A stretch of DNA of 64,000 bases, from the sequence record SRR31156797_1634. One strand, given 5' to 3'. Positions 46,532 through 56,007 of the stretch are shown here, piece by piece. Below the pieces are notes generated by a model. It saw only the letters and a program-made list of their open reading frames with translations. It was not told the DNA's origin and did no database searches. The position numbers and the translations under genes were made by a program. How positions within the stretch are numbered: the stretch's first letter is position 1; every line of letters starts with the position of its first letter.

Positions 46532-47688
46532 TACTGCTCCCCTCCGGCTGCGGAAAACCCAAACCCCACTGTTTCATTGCCGCTCAGACCGGAAAGAATC
46601 TCCAGCTTATCTCCGTGTCTAGCACCGCTGCGAACATAGACAGGCTCCCAAGTTTCAGCAGTTCTAACCAGCACGGTTTCAAGCTGCCCCACGCGGGATA
46701 CTGCTTTTTTCGGGATGAGCACGGTCTGCTTTTCCCCCACAGGAATGAGTAACCGCCCGAACATGCCGGGATAAAGCCCGGGCAAAGGAGCAAGTCCGGC
46801 CTTGACCAAAAATGTCCGAGTCAAAGGATCTGCGGAAGGGACAACCTCTTCCACGACTGCTTCTGCCTGCTCGCCAAGAGCCTGAATATCAACAACAAGT
46901 TTTTGGCCGATACGCACCTGTCCGATAACGCCTTCGCGCACAAGAGCCTCCAGCCTCAAAGCACCCCCGGTCTGAATCAACATGAGCGGCTTGCCGGGAA
47001 AAGCAAGGTCACCTGGTTCAACCATGCGCTTAGCGACTTCCCCATCTGCCGGAGCGGCAATGGTAGTGTAATCAAAATTAATGCGGGCAGACTCCACGCC
47101 CTTGCGAGCCTGCCGAACCCCGGCAGACGCAGCGTCCAATCCGTCCCCGGCCTGTGCCAGTGCAGCCTTGGCCTTGAGATAAGCAGCCTCTACCCGATCC
47201 AATTCATCCTGAGTAGCGACCTTATCTGCAAAAAGTCTCTTCATCCGTTTCCATGTAGCCGTAGCCGTGCCGGATTCGGCTTTTGCCGCATTGATGGCTT
47301 CACGGGCCTGACGTTCAGCGGCCTCCGCAGATTTAAGTCCCTGCTGAGCACTCTCAAGCCGGGTCTTGAATTCACGATCATCCAACACGATCAACTTATC
47401 GTCTTTGCGAACCTTCTGCCCGGAGCGAACCGTAACCTTGAGCACTTTTCCAGTCACCTGAGCCTCTATTGAGGCTTCAGTTTCAGGACGTACGGTTCCA
47501 ACTGCTTCATAAACAACAGGAACGTTTACCCGTTTAGCGACAGCAGTGGCTGCCGGAGGTTCTGCAATACGTGTCGAGACAATACGTCCTTGTTCAATCA
47601 TCCCGGACTCGAAAACACCTGTCATCCAGAGAACCAAAAACATTATCACAGCCCCTAGCAAGGCAACCAGAATACATTTTTTTGTCAT
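46531..47688 (-). CDS. RND periplasmic adaptor (membrane fusion protein)
   Basis: N-terminal TM, lipoyl halves, coiled hairpin, IAAPADG, LYPGMFG. Confidence 0.92.
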   Translation of the reverse strand: MTKKCILVALLGAVIMFLVLWMTGVFESGMIEQGRIVSTRIAEPPAATAVAKRVNVPVVYEAVGTVRPETEASIEAQVTGKVLKVTVRSGQKVRKDDKLIVLDDREFKTRLESAQQGLKSAEAAERQAREAINAAKAESGTATATWKRMKRLFADKVATQDELDRVEAAYLKAKAALAQAGDGLDAASAGVRQARKGVESARINFDYTTIAAPADGEVAKRMVEPGDLAFPGKPLMLIQTGGALRLEALVREGVIGQVRIGQKLVVDIQALGEQAEAVVEEVVPSADPLTRTFLVKAGLAPLPGLYPGMFGRLLIPVGEKQTVLIPKKAVSRVGQLETVLVRTAETWEPVYVRSGARHGDKLEILSGLSGNETVGFGFSAAGGEQ

Positions 47689-47906
47689 TCTTTACTCCAG
47701 TGAAACTATAAGAACCTATAGGAAAGACACTATTACAGAACTTATACAACCCTTAAGCAACTGTTTCAATTACAAACAATTATTCAAGAACCTAAAATAG
47801 AAGCCAGTTATAAAAAACACTCAACTAATTCACAATATATTAATTTTTTTGTATTGTTACTTAGTTTTTATGTCCGAAGGACAAATAATATATTTTCGGA
47901 GAATCG

Positions 47907-50606
47907 ATGAAAGCCAAGGAAATGCAAAAAAATTTCAACCGTTACAAGTTGCTGTTTGAGAATGCCCCTATCGCATACCAATCCCTTGATGAACAAGGAT
48001 ATTTCCTTGAAGTGAACAATAAATGGCTTAGCACTCTCGGGTATAATAAGGATGAAGTCATTGGAAAATGGTTTGGAGATTTTTTAATCCCTGGTGACCG
48101 GGAACACTTTGACCAAAAATTTCCCATGTTCAAAGAGACGTGTGTTATAGACGGAGCCGAGTTCAGACTCATCCGTAAAGACAACTCTGAAATTATCGTA
48201 TCTTTTGATGGCCGGATTCAACAAGATGAAGACGGCAGCTTTGTTTGTACCCACTGCACTTTTCAAGATATCACCATCACTAAAAAATACCAAAAAGACT
48301 TGCAGGACAGCGAAGAACGGCATCGACTTATTTTTGAATTTTCTCCTCTGGCAATAATCCGCTTTGACAAAACCGGAACCATTGTCGACTGCAACCAGAA
48401 ATTCATAGATCTGATGGGTTCAAGTAGAGAAAAACTGATCGGATTCAACACGATACATGACAGCCCCCCTAAAATGAGTGCAGCTGTAAAACAGGCCGTT
48501 GAAGGGAATACCTCTGAATACGAAGATATTTATACTTCTGTTACCGGAAACAAAACCACATATATCCGCACCGTATTCAATCCCGTTGAAAAAGGGAAAA
48601 ATCCCACCGAAGTAATCGCTACTCTTGAAGATATTACCGAGCGCAAAAGGGTCGAAGAAAAACTGGCGGAAAGCGAAAGACGCCACCGGCTTATCTTTGA
48701 CCATTCCCCCCTTGGATTAGTCCGTTGTGACACCAAAGGACGTATCACCGACTGCAACCAAAAATTCATAGATCAGATGGGTTCTAGCCGGGAGAAACTA
48801 CTCGGTTTCAATGTCGCTCAAAACAGCCCCCGGAAAGTGTCTGAAAAATTACGCAGGGCTATAAAGGGGGAAGCAACAGAATACGAAGACTATTACACTT
48901 CAATAACCGGGGGCAAAACAACTTTCATACGGGGGATGTTCAATCCCATTGCCCCCGAGAATCCCCCATCAGAAGTAATCGGAGTGGCCGAAGACATTGG
49001 TGAACGCAAAAAAGTTGAAGAAAAACTGGCAAAAACGGAAGCCAGATTCAAGATAATGGCCGAAAATACCAAGGACCTTATTTACCGTTTTTCCGTCCCG
49101 GACAAAAAATTCAAATATGTCAGTCCGGCTTGTCTGGATATGACCGGATACCCTCCGGGAACATTTTATAATGACTCTCAGTTTTTCTTTAATATGGTCC
49201 ATCCGAGCTCACAAGAATTCATGCATCAGCAATGGCTGGACATGGCTTCCGGAAAAATGGCCCCTCTTGTAGAATACCGAATAGTTGACCGCTACGGAAA
49301 AATAAAATGGCTACAACAAAGTAATGTCCCCTTTTATGATGAGCAGGGCAATCCGACTATGGTGGAAGGCATTGTTCGTGATGTAACAGAACTTAAAAAT
49401 GCCCTTGAACGGGTTGAACTGGCAAAAGCAAAAGCTGAAACGGCAAGCAGGACCAAATCCGAATTTCTAGCCAACATGAGCCACGAAATCCGAACCCCGC
49501 TGAACGGGATAATGGGCATGCTGCAACTCATGGAGACGGAAGCACCGACTCCTAAACAAGGAGAATATATTAATGCGGCAATACAAGCTTCCAAGCGTTT
49601 GAACAATGTATTGTCTGACATTCTTGATCTGGCCCGGGTTGAAGCAGGCAAGCTGGACCTCAACAATACCGAATTTAACATTACGGATGAACTCAAACAT
49701 GTCTTCGAACTTTTCGAAGTCACATCAAGGCATTCCGGGGTCAATCTTGAACTTAAATTGCCCGCAAAACTCCCCCAAATCGTCATTGGAGATCCGGCCC
49801 GTTTACAACAGATCCTAACCAATATTGTCGGCAATGCCCTGAAATTCACCCATGAAGGGCAGGTTTCAATTGCAGCGCAACTTTTGCCGCATAGCACTAC
49901 CGTAAACAGTCATATTCTATTTACAGTTGAAGACACCGGAGTGGGTATTGCTGAAGACAAAATGAACTTACTGTTTCAATCCTTCACGCAGGCCAGCGAA
50001 GGATATACCCGCCAATATCAGGGAGCAGGACTGGGATTATCCATTTGTAAAAAACTCACCGAACTTATGGGCGGGACCATTGCCGTAGAGAGTACAGCAA
50101 AGACAGGGACCACATTTTACATATCCATTCCGTTTACCGTGCCTGACAGTAATACTCTGAAACAGGGACAACAGACAGCAGAACCGGAAGTCATCACCTC
50201 ATTTGGGGAGTACCGCATCCTCATAGCTGAAGACGAAAAAGTGAATAGGCTCTACACCAAGCAATATCTCGAACAACAGGGGTTCACTGTAGATGCTGTA
50301 ACCGACGGACAGCAGGTTCTGGACAAATTATTCTACGAAGATTTCAATCTGGTGCTTATGGACGTGCAAATGCCCATAATGAACGGTATTGAAGCAACAC
50401 AGGCCATCAGGAAAGGTGAGGCCGGAGCACACAACAAACGTATTCCGATAGTTGCCATCACCGCCTACGCCATGCAGGGTGACCGGGACCAATTCATAGA
50501 GCAAGGCATGACCGATTATATTGCCAAACCGGTGGATAAAGAAGAACTAAGCAAAGTAATCATGAAAACACTGCAGCAGAATAGATCCGATAACTCCATT
50601 GGTTGA
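47907..50606 (+). CDS. Cytoplasmic multi-PAS hybrid histidine kinase with receiver domain
   Basis: Four PAS domains, FLANMSHEIRTPLNG, NALKFT, GAGLGL, AEDE, MDVQMP, KP. Confidence 0.94.
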   Translation: MKAKEMQKNFNRYKLLFENAPIAYQSLDEQGYFLEVNNKWLSTLGYNKDEVIGKWFGDFLIPGDREHFDQKFPMFKETCVIDGAEFRLIRKDNSEIIVSFDGRIQQDEDGSFVCTHCTFQDITITKKYQKDLQDSEERHRLIFEFSPLAIIRFDKTGTIVDCNQKFIDLMGSSREKLIGFNTIHDSPPKMSAAVKQAVEGNTSEYEDIYTSVTGNKTTYIRTVFNPVEKGKNPTEVIATLEDITERKRVEEKLAESERRHRLIFDHSPLGLVRCDTKGRITDCNQKFIDQMGSSREKLLGFNVAQNSPRKVSEKLRRAIKGEATEYEDYYTSITGGKTTFIRGMFNPIAPENPPSEVIGVAEDIGERKKVEEKLAKTEARFKIMAENTKDLIYRFSVPDKKFKYVSPACLDMTGYPPGTFYNDSQFFFNMVHPSSQEFMHQQWLDMASGKMAPLVEYRIVDRYGKIKWLQQSNVPFYDEQGNPTMVEGIVRDVTELKNALERVELAKAKAETASRTKSEFLANMSHEIRTPLNGIMGMLQLMETEAPTPKQGEYINAAIQASKRLNNVLSDILDLARVEAGKLDLNNTEFNITDELKHVFELFEVTSRHSGVNLELKLPAKLPQIVIGDPARLQQILTNIVGNALKFTHEGQVSIAAQLLPHSTTVNSHILFTVEDTGVGIAEDKMNLLFQSFTQASEGYTRQYQGAGLGLSICKKLTELMGGTIAVESTAKTGTTFYISIPFTVPDSNTLKQGQQTAEPEVITSFGEYRILIAEDEKVNRLYTKQYLEQQGFTVDAVTDGQQVLDKLFYEDFNLVLMDVQMPIMNGIEATQAIRKGEAGAHNKRIPIVAITAYAMQGDRDQFIEQGMTDYIAKPVDKEELSKVIMKTLQQNRSDNSIG
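48310..49035 (+). repeat. Tandem duplicated PAS domains (363-nt period)
   Basis: GACTGCAACCA.AAATTCATAGATC.GATGGGTTC at 48387 and 48750; RHRLIF..SPL...DCNQKFID.MGSSREKL.GFN twice. Confidence 0.85.
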
Positions 50607-50639
50607 CGAACAGCACTTATACGTGAAATATAATCCTTT

Positions 50640-52127
50640 ATGGGTATAAATACGGGGAATTTCAAAAATCTTGGACACTCTTATGAAGAAGGCTCCAATG
50701 CTGCCTTGCTCTCCGCTATTGCCCGAAGTGCGGAGGAACTTACGTCCGGTAAAGGCTGGCCGGACGGAGTCAACGATCTGCTGGCTGCTCTAGGCCAGGC
50801 CAGCGGGGTCAGTAGAGTTTGGATATTTCAAACAATAGAAATCACCGATACCCATATTACCCAGAATTATACTTTTGAATGGGCAGCTGCGCCCCGCTAC
50901 AAACAACTGGGCATGCCCATGTTCAGCATGTTTACCAACAAGATCAACCGCCCTGAATACCGGGAAACCATCCAGAGCAGGCTACGCGGCGAATGGCAGA
51001 AACTGGTCGTCGACCAGCTTAAACCTGGCTGGCTCAAAGACACTCTTGAAGTCCAGAAGATTAAATCCATGCTGACCATCCCGGTCATGGTCGAAGACCA
51101 ATGGTGGGGGACCTTGGGTTTTGACGATTGCGAACGGGCCTATAACTGGTCCGACGTGGAAGTAGCCCTACTCAAGACCGCCGGATATCTTATTTCAAAT
51201 GCAGTCCTCCGGGACCGCCTCAGCGCTAAACGCAGGCAATTCAGTATCCTCAAAGAGTTGACAGACAGCAGTGTCTGGGAATTTGATTTCAAGACCGGAC
51301 AAATCTGGTGCTCCCCGGAACTTCTATATTCTGTCCCAGTGCCAACTGACAATATCCGCTTTTCCCTGCATAAGGCTCTGCATTTGATCCACCCTGATGA
51401 CCGCCGCCCGCTGATTTCATCAGTCAGAAGATATCTCAAAGGGGACCGCAAAAAAGTTTTCCGTTTTGATATGCGTTTGTTTACTGATTGCGGAGACCTA
51501 CGCTGGGTTGAACTCATCGGCAACACCCGCAGCAATGAAGGTGGTAATCCAGAGCAACTGGCCGGAATTTTAATTGATATCCGCAAACGGAAACGCGAAG
51601 AAGAACGTCTCCGGGAAGAAGCAATTACCGATCCGCTCACCGGAGTGACCAACCGCCGTCTATTTGAACATCGCCTTCAAGAATTCATTGACTACTCCAT
51701 AAATGAAGGCACGGTATTCTCAGTTCTTTTCTTTGACATTGACCATTTCAAAAAACTCAATGACAGATACGGACATCAGGCCGGAGATCAAGGATTGCGT
51801 CATCTGGCGGAGATATGTGAATCCCACCTGCGACGCAACGACCTGCTGGCCCGTCTGGGCGGAGATGAATTCGCCCTGCTCCTGCCGGAAACTGACCAGA
51901 AAACAGCAACAGCAATCGGAAAAAGATTGCTCCGGGCCGTGGAGTCTACTCCCTTTAAGTATGACAACACAACACACATCATGACTATCAGCATCGGATT
52001 AGCCAGCAATGACGGCCGTCTGACCACCCCGGCACGTTTGATCGAAATTGCGGACACCGCCCTTTATGAAGCCAAGCAGAATGGACGAAACAGACTGGCG
52101 ACACTGACAGGCTGCCTGCTACGCTGA
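50640..52127 (+). CDS. GAF-PAS diguanylate cyclase
   Basis: WWGTLGFDDC GAF, PAS, DPLTG, RRND I-site, GGDEF. Confidence 0.93.
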   Translation: MGINTGNFKNLGHSYEEGSNAALLSAIARSAEELTSGKGWPDGVNDLLAALGQASGVSRVWIFQTIEITDTHITQNYTFEWAAAPRYKQLGMPMFSMFTNKINRPEYRETIQSRLRGEWQKLVVDQLKPGWLKDTLEVQKIKSMLTIPVMVEDQWWGTLGFDDCERAYNWSDVEVALLKTAGYLISNAVLRDRLSAKRRQFSILKELTDSSVWEFDFKTGQIWCSPELLYSVPVPTDNIRFSLHKALHLIHPDDRRPLISSVRRYLKGDRKKVFRFDMRLFTDCGDLRWVELIGNTRSNEGGNPEQLAGILIDIRKRKREEERLREEAITDPLTGVTNRRLFEHRLQEFIDYSINEGTVFSVLFFDIDHFKKLNDRYGHQAGDQGLRHLAEICESHLRRNDLLARLGGDEFALLLPETDQKTATAIGKRLLRAVESTPFKYDNTTHIMTISIGLASNDGRLTTPARLIEIADTALYEAKQNGRNRLATLTGCLLR

Positions 52128-52191
52128 GCAGAATTGACTTTTCAGAAAAGACTGGATTAGTTATTTACAACAAAAACATGCTGGAGGAGAT

Positions 52192-52365
52192 ATGGTCACC
52201 AGAATTGCTGCTGCACTGATCATTGCAGCACTTATGATTTCTTCCCTTGGCTGTGCGAAAATCGGCAAAGCCACAGGTCAGGCCGTCAAAGAAGTCAAGG
52301 AAATGCCCGGTGAATTCAAGAAGGGCTATGACGATGGTAGAACTTCTGAAGAAGACAATATTTAA
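52192..52365 (+). CDS. 57-aa small lipoprotein (entericidin-like size; not in ORF track)
   Basis: GGAGGA RBS; MVTRIAAALIIAALMISSLG-C lipobox; amphipathic mature part. Confidence 0.75.
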   Translation: MVTRIAAALIIAALMISSLGCAKIGKATGQAVKEVKEMPGEFKKGYDDGRTSEEDNI

Positions 52366-52388
52366 TTTTAACAAACAATTCCGCAGAC

Positions 52389-52410
52389 AGGGGCCTTGAG
52401 CCCCTTTTTT
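52389..52410 (+). terminator. Intrinsic terminator
   Basis: AGGGGC-CTTGA-GCCCCT followed by T-run. Confidence 0.6.
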
Positions 52411-52439
52411 GCATTAAACGAATTTTTCTCGGACAAAAT

Positions 52440-53162
52440 ATGTCAAAGATTGCTTTAATTACCGGAGCCAGCAAAGGCATCGGCGCAGCTATCGCCCTGC
52501 AACTGGCTGAAGACGGCTACGATATCTGGCTCAACTACCGCAGTGATGACGCGGGAGCAGAAAAAATCGCAGCAGCTGTCCACGAAATGGGCCGCAAATG
52601 CACCCTGCTTAAATTTGACGTAACCGATGAAGAAGCTGTGGAAAACGCTCTTTCACCGCTCTTGCAGGAAGAAGTGCCCTATATTGTGGTCAACAATGCC
52701 GGATTCGCACGCGATTCCATCATGATGATGATGTCTTCCGAAGACTGGAACAAAGTCCTGCAAGTCCACCTGAGCGGTTTCTTCAATGTAACCAAACCCG
52801 TGGTTTCACGCATGCTACGCAAACGAACAGGACGGATCATCAATATCGCTTCTACCTCCGGTGAGACAGGCGTTGCAGGACAGACCAACTACTCCGCAGC
52901 CAAGGCAGGTCTCATCGGGGCCACCCGCTCTTTGGCGGTCGAAGTTGCCAAGCGCAACATTCTGGTCAACGCAGTCACTCCCGGTTTCATTGAAACAGAC
53001 ATGGTCGCCGAACTCCCTGTAGATCAGATTAAAGGTCAGATCCCGCTGAAAAGGCTGGGCACACCTCAGGAAGTTGCCGGAGTGGTTTCCTTTCTCTGTT
53101 CGGACAAGGCGACCTACATCACCGGACAGACCATTGCTGTGAACGGCGGTATTCATACCTAG
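52440..53162 (+). CDS. fabG: 3-oxoacyl-ACP reductase (APE/flexirubin-cluster type)
   Basis: TGASKGIG, NNAG, NYSAAKAG, PGFIETDM. Confidence 0.88.
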   Translation: MSKIALITGASKGIGAAIALQLAEDGYDIWLNYRSDDAGAEKIAAAVHEMGRKCTLLKFDVTDEEAVENALSPLLQEEVPYIVVNNAGFARDSIMMMMSSEDWNKVLQVHLSGFFNVTKPVVSRMLRKRTGRIINIASTSGETGVAGQTNYSAAKAGLIGATRSLAVEVAKRNILVNAVTPGFIETDMVAELPVDQIKGQIPLKRLGTPQEVAGVVSFLCSDKATYITGQTIAVNGGIHT

Positions 53163-53296
53163 TATTGCATTCATCTAATTCATCAATATGAATCAGATGA
53201 AAAAATAATATATTTAATTTTTCCTTAAAATAAATATGAATTTGTTTTTATAAACCTATTTTAGGGCGTCAGACCTAGTTTCCGGGAGCTTTTCTT

Positions 53297-54511
53297 TTGT
53301 ACAAAGTGGCAATCACAGGCATCGGAGCCATTTCCGTTCTGGGATCGGACCTTGAAACCATTGCCGGTGCCCTTAAGATTGGGCGTTCCGGAATTGAGGT
53401 GGAAGGGGAACGGATCAAGCTCGGCTTTGAAAGCCCGCTAACCGGGGTAATCAAGGATTTCAATCCCAAAAAATGGCTGGGCCGTAAGCAACGCAAGACC
53501 ATGCCCGACTTCGCGGTACAGGCCTACGCTGCAGCCAAGCAGGCACTTGAGCAATCCGAACTTGCTGAAGAAGATTTGCACAACGATGAAAGCGGACTTA
53601 TTTTCGGCTGCGATTCCAGCTGCATTGCCGCCCTTGATCAGGTGGAACGGCTCAAGGAAAGAGGCGAGACTTCGCTCATCGGAAGCGGCGCAGTTTTCCG
53701 CTCCATGACCTCCTGCGTAACCATGAACCTGAACACCCTTTTCAAGACCCGTGGTGCAGCGTGGACCATCAGTTCAGCCTGTTCCAGCGGCGGGCATGCC
53801 GTGGGTCAGGCATTCAACCTCATTGCCTCAGGCCAGCAGGAACGGGTCATTTGCGGAGGCGCGCAGGAACTCAACTGGCAATCCATGTGCAGCTTTGACG
53901 GACTGGGGGCTTTTTCCACCCAAACCGAGAATCCCGCACAAGCCAGCCGCCCCTTTGACAAAGAGCGCGACGGGCTGGTTCCCAGCGGCGGCGCAGCTGC
54001 CATCATGCTTGAACGTTACGAGCTGGCAAAAAAACGCGGTGCCGAAATTTTAGGAGTAGTCAGCGGATATGGTTTTTCCTCGGACGGCGAACATATTTCA
54101 GTTCCCGGCAGGGACGGGCTGGCAAGGGCCGGAGCCAAGGCCCTCAAACAGGCCGGACTCACTCCTGCTGACATTGACTACATCTGCGCCCATGCCACCT
54201 CCACTCCTGCAGGAGACAGCGCCGAAGCAGCCAATATCCGCACCCTTTTCGACGATAAATTTCCGCGCATATCCTCCACAAAATCCATGACCGGACACGA
54301 ATTGTGGATGTCCGGGGCCAGCCAAGTGGTCTACACGACCCTCATGAACCGCTATGGATTCACTGCGCCGAACATAAATTTCAGCGGGGGTGATGACGAG
54401 ACATCCGGTCTGAACATACTCACTGAAACCGACAACCGTCCCCCGCAAAAAGCCCTGCTCAATTCCGCAGGATTCGGCGGAACCAACTCCTGCCTCGTGC
54501 TTAAATTCTAA
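53297..54511 (+). CDS. Beta-ketoacyl-ACP synthase (FabB/F family) 1
   Basis: SSACSSG, HATST, GHELWMSG, GFGGTN; TTG start. Confidence 0.92.
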   Translation: MYKVAITGIGAISVLGSDLETIAGALKIGRSGIEVEGERIKLGFESPLTGVIKDFNPKKWLGRKQRKTMPDFAVQAYAAAKQALEQSELAEEDLHNDESGLIFGCDSSCIAALDQVERLKERGETSLIGSGAVFRSMTSCVTMNLNTLFKTRGAAWTISSACSSGGHAVGQAFNLIASGQQERVICGGAQELNWQSMCSFDGLGAFSTQTENPAQASRPFDKERDGLVPSGGAAAIMLERYELAKKRGAEILGVVSGYGFSSDGEHISVPGRDGLARAGAKALKQAGLTPADIDYICAHATSTPAGDSAEAANIRTLFDDKFPRISSTKSMTGHELWMSGASQVVYTTLMNRYGFTAPNINFSGGDDETSGLNILTETDNRPPQKALLNSAGFGGTNSCLVLKF

Positions 54512-56007
54512 TGACTCTATACGATCACATAGTTGTTGGTGCGGGAATTTCCGGCATGACCTCAGCCCTTTTGCTGGCAAAACAAGGCCACAAAGTCGCA
54601 TTAGTGGAAGCCTTTCCTCTTCCAGCCCCGACAGCACGTGGATTCAGCAGACAGGGTGTGCATTTCGAAACCGGAATCCACCTCATCGGCGGGATGGGTG
54701 ATGGCGATCCGCTGGATACATATTTTAAACATCTGGGCATCAGTGACGAACTGGTCAAAATCCCTTTCAAAAAAGACGGCTGCGACTGCTTCCGCTTTGA
54801 AAAACAAAAGACCCAAATATGCCTGCCCTATGGTTATAAGCGGGTCCGCCAAACTCTGGAGCAAACATTCCCCGCAGAGAAAATTGCCATCGACAAATAT
54901 CTGGAACGGATCAGGACAATTTTCGATTCATCATCCTTCCTTAATTTCAAACGGAATTTCAGTCTGGACTCCCTAGCCCACGATGAAACAGAATCCCTAC
55001 GCGATTACCTTGATTCCATCACTGAGAATCAGGAACTTAAAGACCTGCTCTGCTGCCACTCCCTGCTTTACGGCACCCCGCCGGAACAGGCCATGCTCTC
55101 CACCCACGCCCTTGTGGCCGGATCATATTTCCGTTCTTCGCACACCATTGAAGGCGGCGGCAAAGCTCTTGTTGATACTTACTTGAGGCAGCTCAAGAAG
55201 CATGGGGTGGATATTTTCTGTGGCAAAAGGGCAGAGCGTATCAAACACGATGCAGACAAAAATTTCACAGGTTTGCTGCTGGATGACGGAAGCGAATTGC
55301 GTGGCAAAATCTGCATCTGGTCCGCACATCCGGCGTCCATGCTGCCTTGCGTTGAGGACGGTGCTTTTCGCCCGGTATTCAAACGCAGAATCAATGAATT
55401 GCAGGAAACCGTGTCTGCGCTGATTCTTTTCGGGATAGCCGAAACTCCGGTAGAAACATTGCAAGGCCGAAACATCTACCTCTGGCCGGAATCAGATTAC
55501 AACGAAGTCCTTTCCGGCAAGGCCGGGATGGCAGAAAACGCAATCTTCCTTTCCGCAGGGCAGACACTTAGCCGGAATGATAAACAGAGCGTGACCGCCA
55601 TCATGCCCTACAGTTTTGAGAAATTCAGCAGATGGCAGGATTCAAGCCTACGCAACAGACCGCAGGATTACCTTGATTTCAAAGCCGAACTTATGGCGGA
55701 ATTTGAAGAACAGGTATTTAACCGCTGTCCGGAATTAAACGGGCAGGTAAAATTCATTGATGCAGCAACTCCGCTGAGCCTACGCGATTACTGCAATTCC
55801 CCTTACGGCAGCATGTACGGTGCGGCCCATACTGTTTCACAATACAATCCCCTCCCGGCTACCAAGATCAAAGGACTGCTACTGGCCGGACAGTCCATCA
55901 TCGCCCCCGGAGTTATGGGCGCAGTGGTCTCCGCTTACCTGACCTGCGGATTCATCTGCGGACACGAAAAGATTCACGAGGAACTTCAATGCATATACAA
56001 CGCATAG
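54511..56007 (+). CDS. Phytoene desaturase/retinol saturase-family FAD oxidoreductase
   Basis: GAGISG, FETGIH, TPLS..DY....GSMYG, LAGQS...PGV.G. Confidence 0.85.
   Translation: MTLYDHIVVGAGISGMTSALLLAKQGHKVALVEAFPLPAPTARGFSRQGVHFETGIHLIGGMGDGDPLDTYFKHLGISDELVKIPFKKDGCDCFRFEKQKTQICLPYGYKRVRQTLEQTFPAEKIAIDKYLERIRTIFDSSSFLNFKRNFSLDSLAHDETESLRDYLDSITENQELKDLLCCHSLLYGTPPEQAMLSTHALVAGSYFRSSHTIEGGGKALVDTYLRQLKKHGVDIFCGKRAERIKHDADKNFTGLLLDDGSELRGKICIWSAHPASMLPCVEDGAFRPVFKRRINELQETVSALILFGIAETPVETLQGRNIYLWPESDYNEVLSGKAGMAENAIFLSAGQTLSRNDKQSVTAIMPYSFEKFSRWQDSSLRNRPQDYLDFKAELMAEFEEQVFNRCPELNGQVKFIDAATPLSLRDYCNSPYGSMYGAAHTVSQYNPLPATKIKGLLLAGQSIIAPGVMGAVVSAYLTCGFICGHEKIHEELQCIYNA

Noticed and set aside
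52165-52374. 69-aa minus-strand ORF
   Set aside because: Antisense to the better-supported small lipoprotein
54511-56007. Carotenoid biosynthesis (crtI)
   Set aside because: No phytoene synthase or prenyltransferase in the window; embedded among fatty-acid synthase genes
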